In this document: positions 63,036 through 64,000 of the stretch, one piece after another | How positions within the stretch are numbered: position 1 is the stretch's first letter | How the letters are laid out: each line of letters opens with the position of its first letter | NCBI GenBank assembly: GCA_964016885.1 | Contig: OZ024745.1 | Location: forward strand, 74,276,001-74,340,000 | Source of the DNA: Eledone cirrhosa | Taxonomy: Eukaryota | Direction of reading: 5' to 3' | DNA: 64,000 nt | Notes under the pieces: generated by a model | Database searches by the model: none | What the model was told of the DNA's origin: nothing | What the model saw: only the letters and a program-made list of their open reading frames with translations | Translations under genes and position numbers: made by a program

Positions 63036-63785
63036 ATCATCATCATCATCATCATCACTGTTTTACGTCCGTTCTTCCACGCTAGCATGGGTTAGACGGG
63101 TTGTCCTGTTGTCGGCAGTGTCCGGTCGGCTGACCTTGTCTTGCTCATACGGGAACTGATTCTGGCTTGATTTCTACAGCTGGATGCCCTTCCTAACACC
63201 AACCTCATTTGCAGTGAGTGCTGGGTGCTTTTTTTCCGTGGCGCCTACACTTCCACTTTACAGTGTCGGCTGGGTGCTTTTATTGCCATGGCACCTCCAC
63301 GACCATTTTGCAGTGGGGGGGGGGTATTTTCTATATGCTTCAGCTTCGGCTTGTACCCGTAGGGGGTTTTGGTAAAAACAGAAGTAAGCAGGAGAAAGCT
63401 CTCTACATTTGTAGTGTGTAGTTACTATGGAAATAATTATAATGATTAAACGATTTATGTAACATCAGCATATTTCTTAATGACATGCTTATATGTATAT
63501 ATATATATAATATCATCATCACCGTTTTACGTCCGTTCTTCCACGCTAGCATGGGTTAGACGGGTTGTCCTGTTGTGGGCAGTGTCTGCTGACCATGCCT
63601 TGCTCATACAGGAACTGATCTGGCTTGATTTCTACAGCTGGATGCCCTTCCTAACACCAACCTCATTTACAGTGAGTGCTGGGTGCTTTTTCGTGGCGCC
63701 TTCACGTCCACTTTACAGTGTGGGCTGGGTGCTTTTTTGCCATGGCACCTCCACGGCCACCTTGCGGTGGAGGGGGGGGGGGGGC
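63036..63785 (-). mobile_element. Two tandem young SINE family C copies (63036-63325 and 63512-63785)
   Basis: Both begin (CAT)n...TTTTACGTCCGTTCTTCCACGCTAGCATGGGTTAGACGGG and end in a G run. Confidence 0.9.
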
Positions 63786-63834
63786 ATATTGTTTATATGC
63801 TTCAGCATGTACCCATGGGAGGTCGGGTACCCTG

Positions 63835-64000
63835 TATTACTGCGTGACGCCAGAAGTCACGGTCGTGTGTCATTGACTTTGAGAGGTGTAGTTGGGTAAG
63901 GTCGGCTTTTATCACCTCATCCCAAGTCATCTTGGGTCTCCCCACTCCGCGGTTTCCATCAACTTCTAGTGCTCTGCACCTTTTTATGCAGCTGTCATCC
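63835..64000 (-). mobile_element. RTE-clade LINE 3' fragment, cut by the window edge
   Basis: Minus strand reads DDSCIKRCRALEVDGNRGVGRPKMTWDEVIKADL; same family as 3733. Confidence 0.8.

Overview
AT-rich eukaryotic non-coding DNA, read as intronic or intergenic. The repeat families, (CAT)n-tailed SINEs and dense (TA)n/(CA)n microsatellites resemble an octopus (coleoid cephalopod) genome; this is inference from recalled repeat families, not a database result. No complete host gene, rRNA, true tRNA or CRISPR array is supported, and most ORFs in the track are microsatellite or SINE artefacts. Supported content: an internally deleted mariner with about 103-bp TIRs (9537-10423), three SINE families, many RTE-clade LINE 3' fragments, a decayed CRE-like retrotransposon, piggyBac-like and Tc1-like MITEs, a Helentron-type HINE, several minisatellites and two or three weak + strand exon candidates. 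The main signal is a family of minimal type-I hammerhead ribozyme motifs (CUGAUGA...GAAA-UAUGUA-UA). Cores are intact at 10775-10837 (+), 11338-11403 (-) and 11944-12009 (+), and damaged at about 24.9, 45.7 and 46.6 kb. They lie in Penelope-pLTR-like elements inserted in (TA)n tracts, two of which are fold-back palindromes. The window also holds several templated inversions, including a 665-bp inverted duplication with a 26-bp templated patch at its junction.
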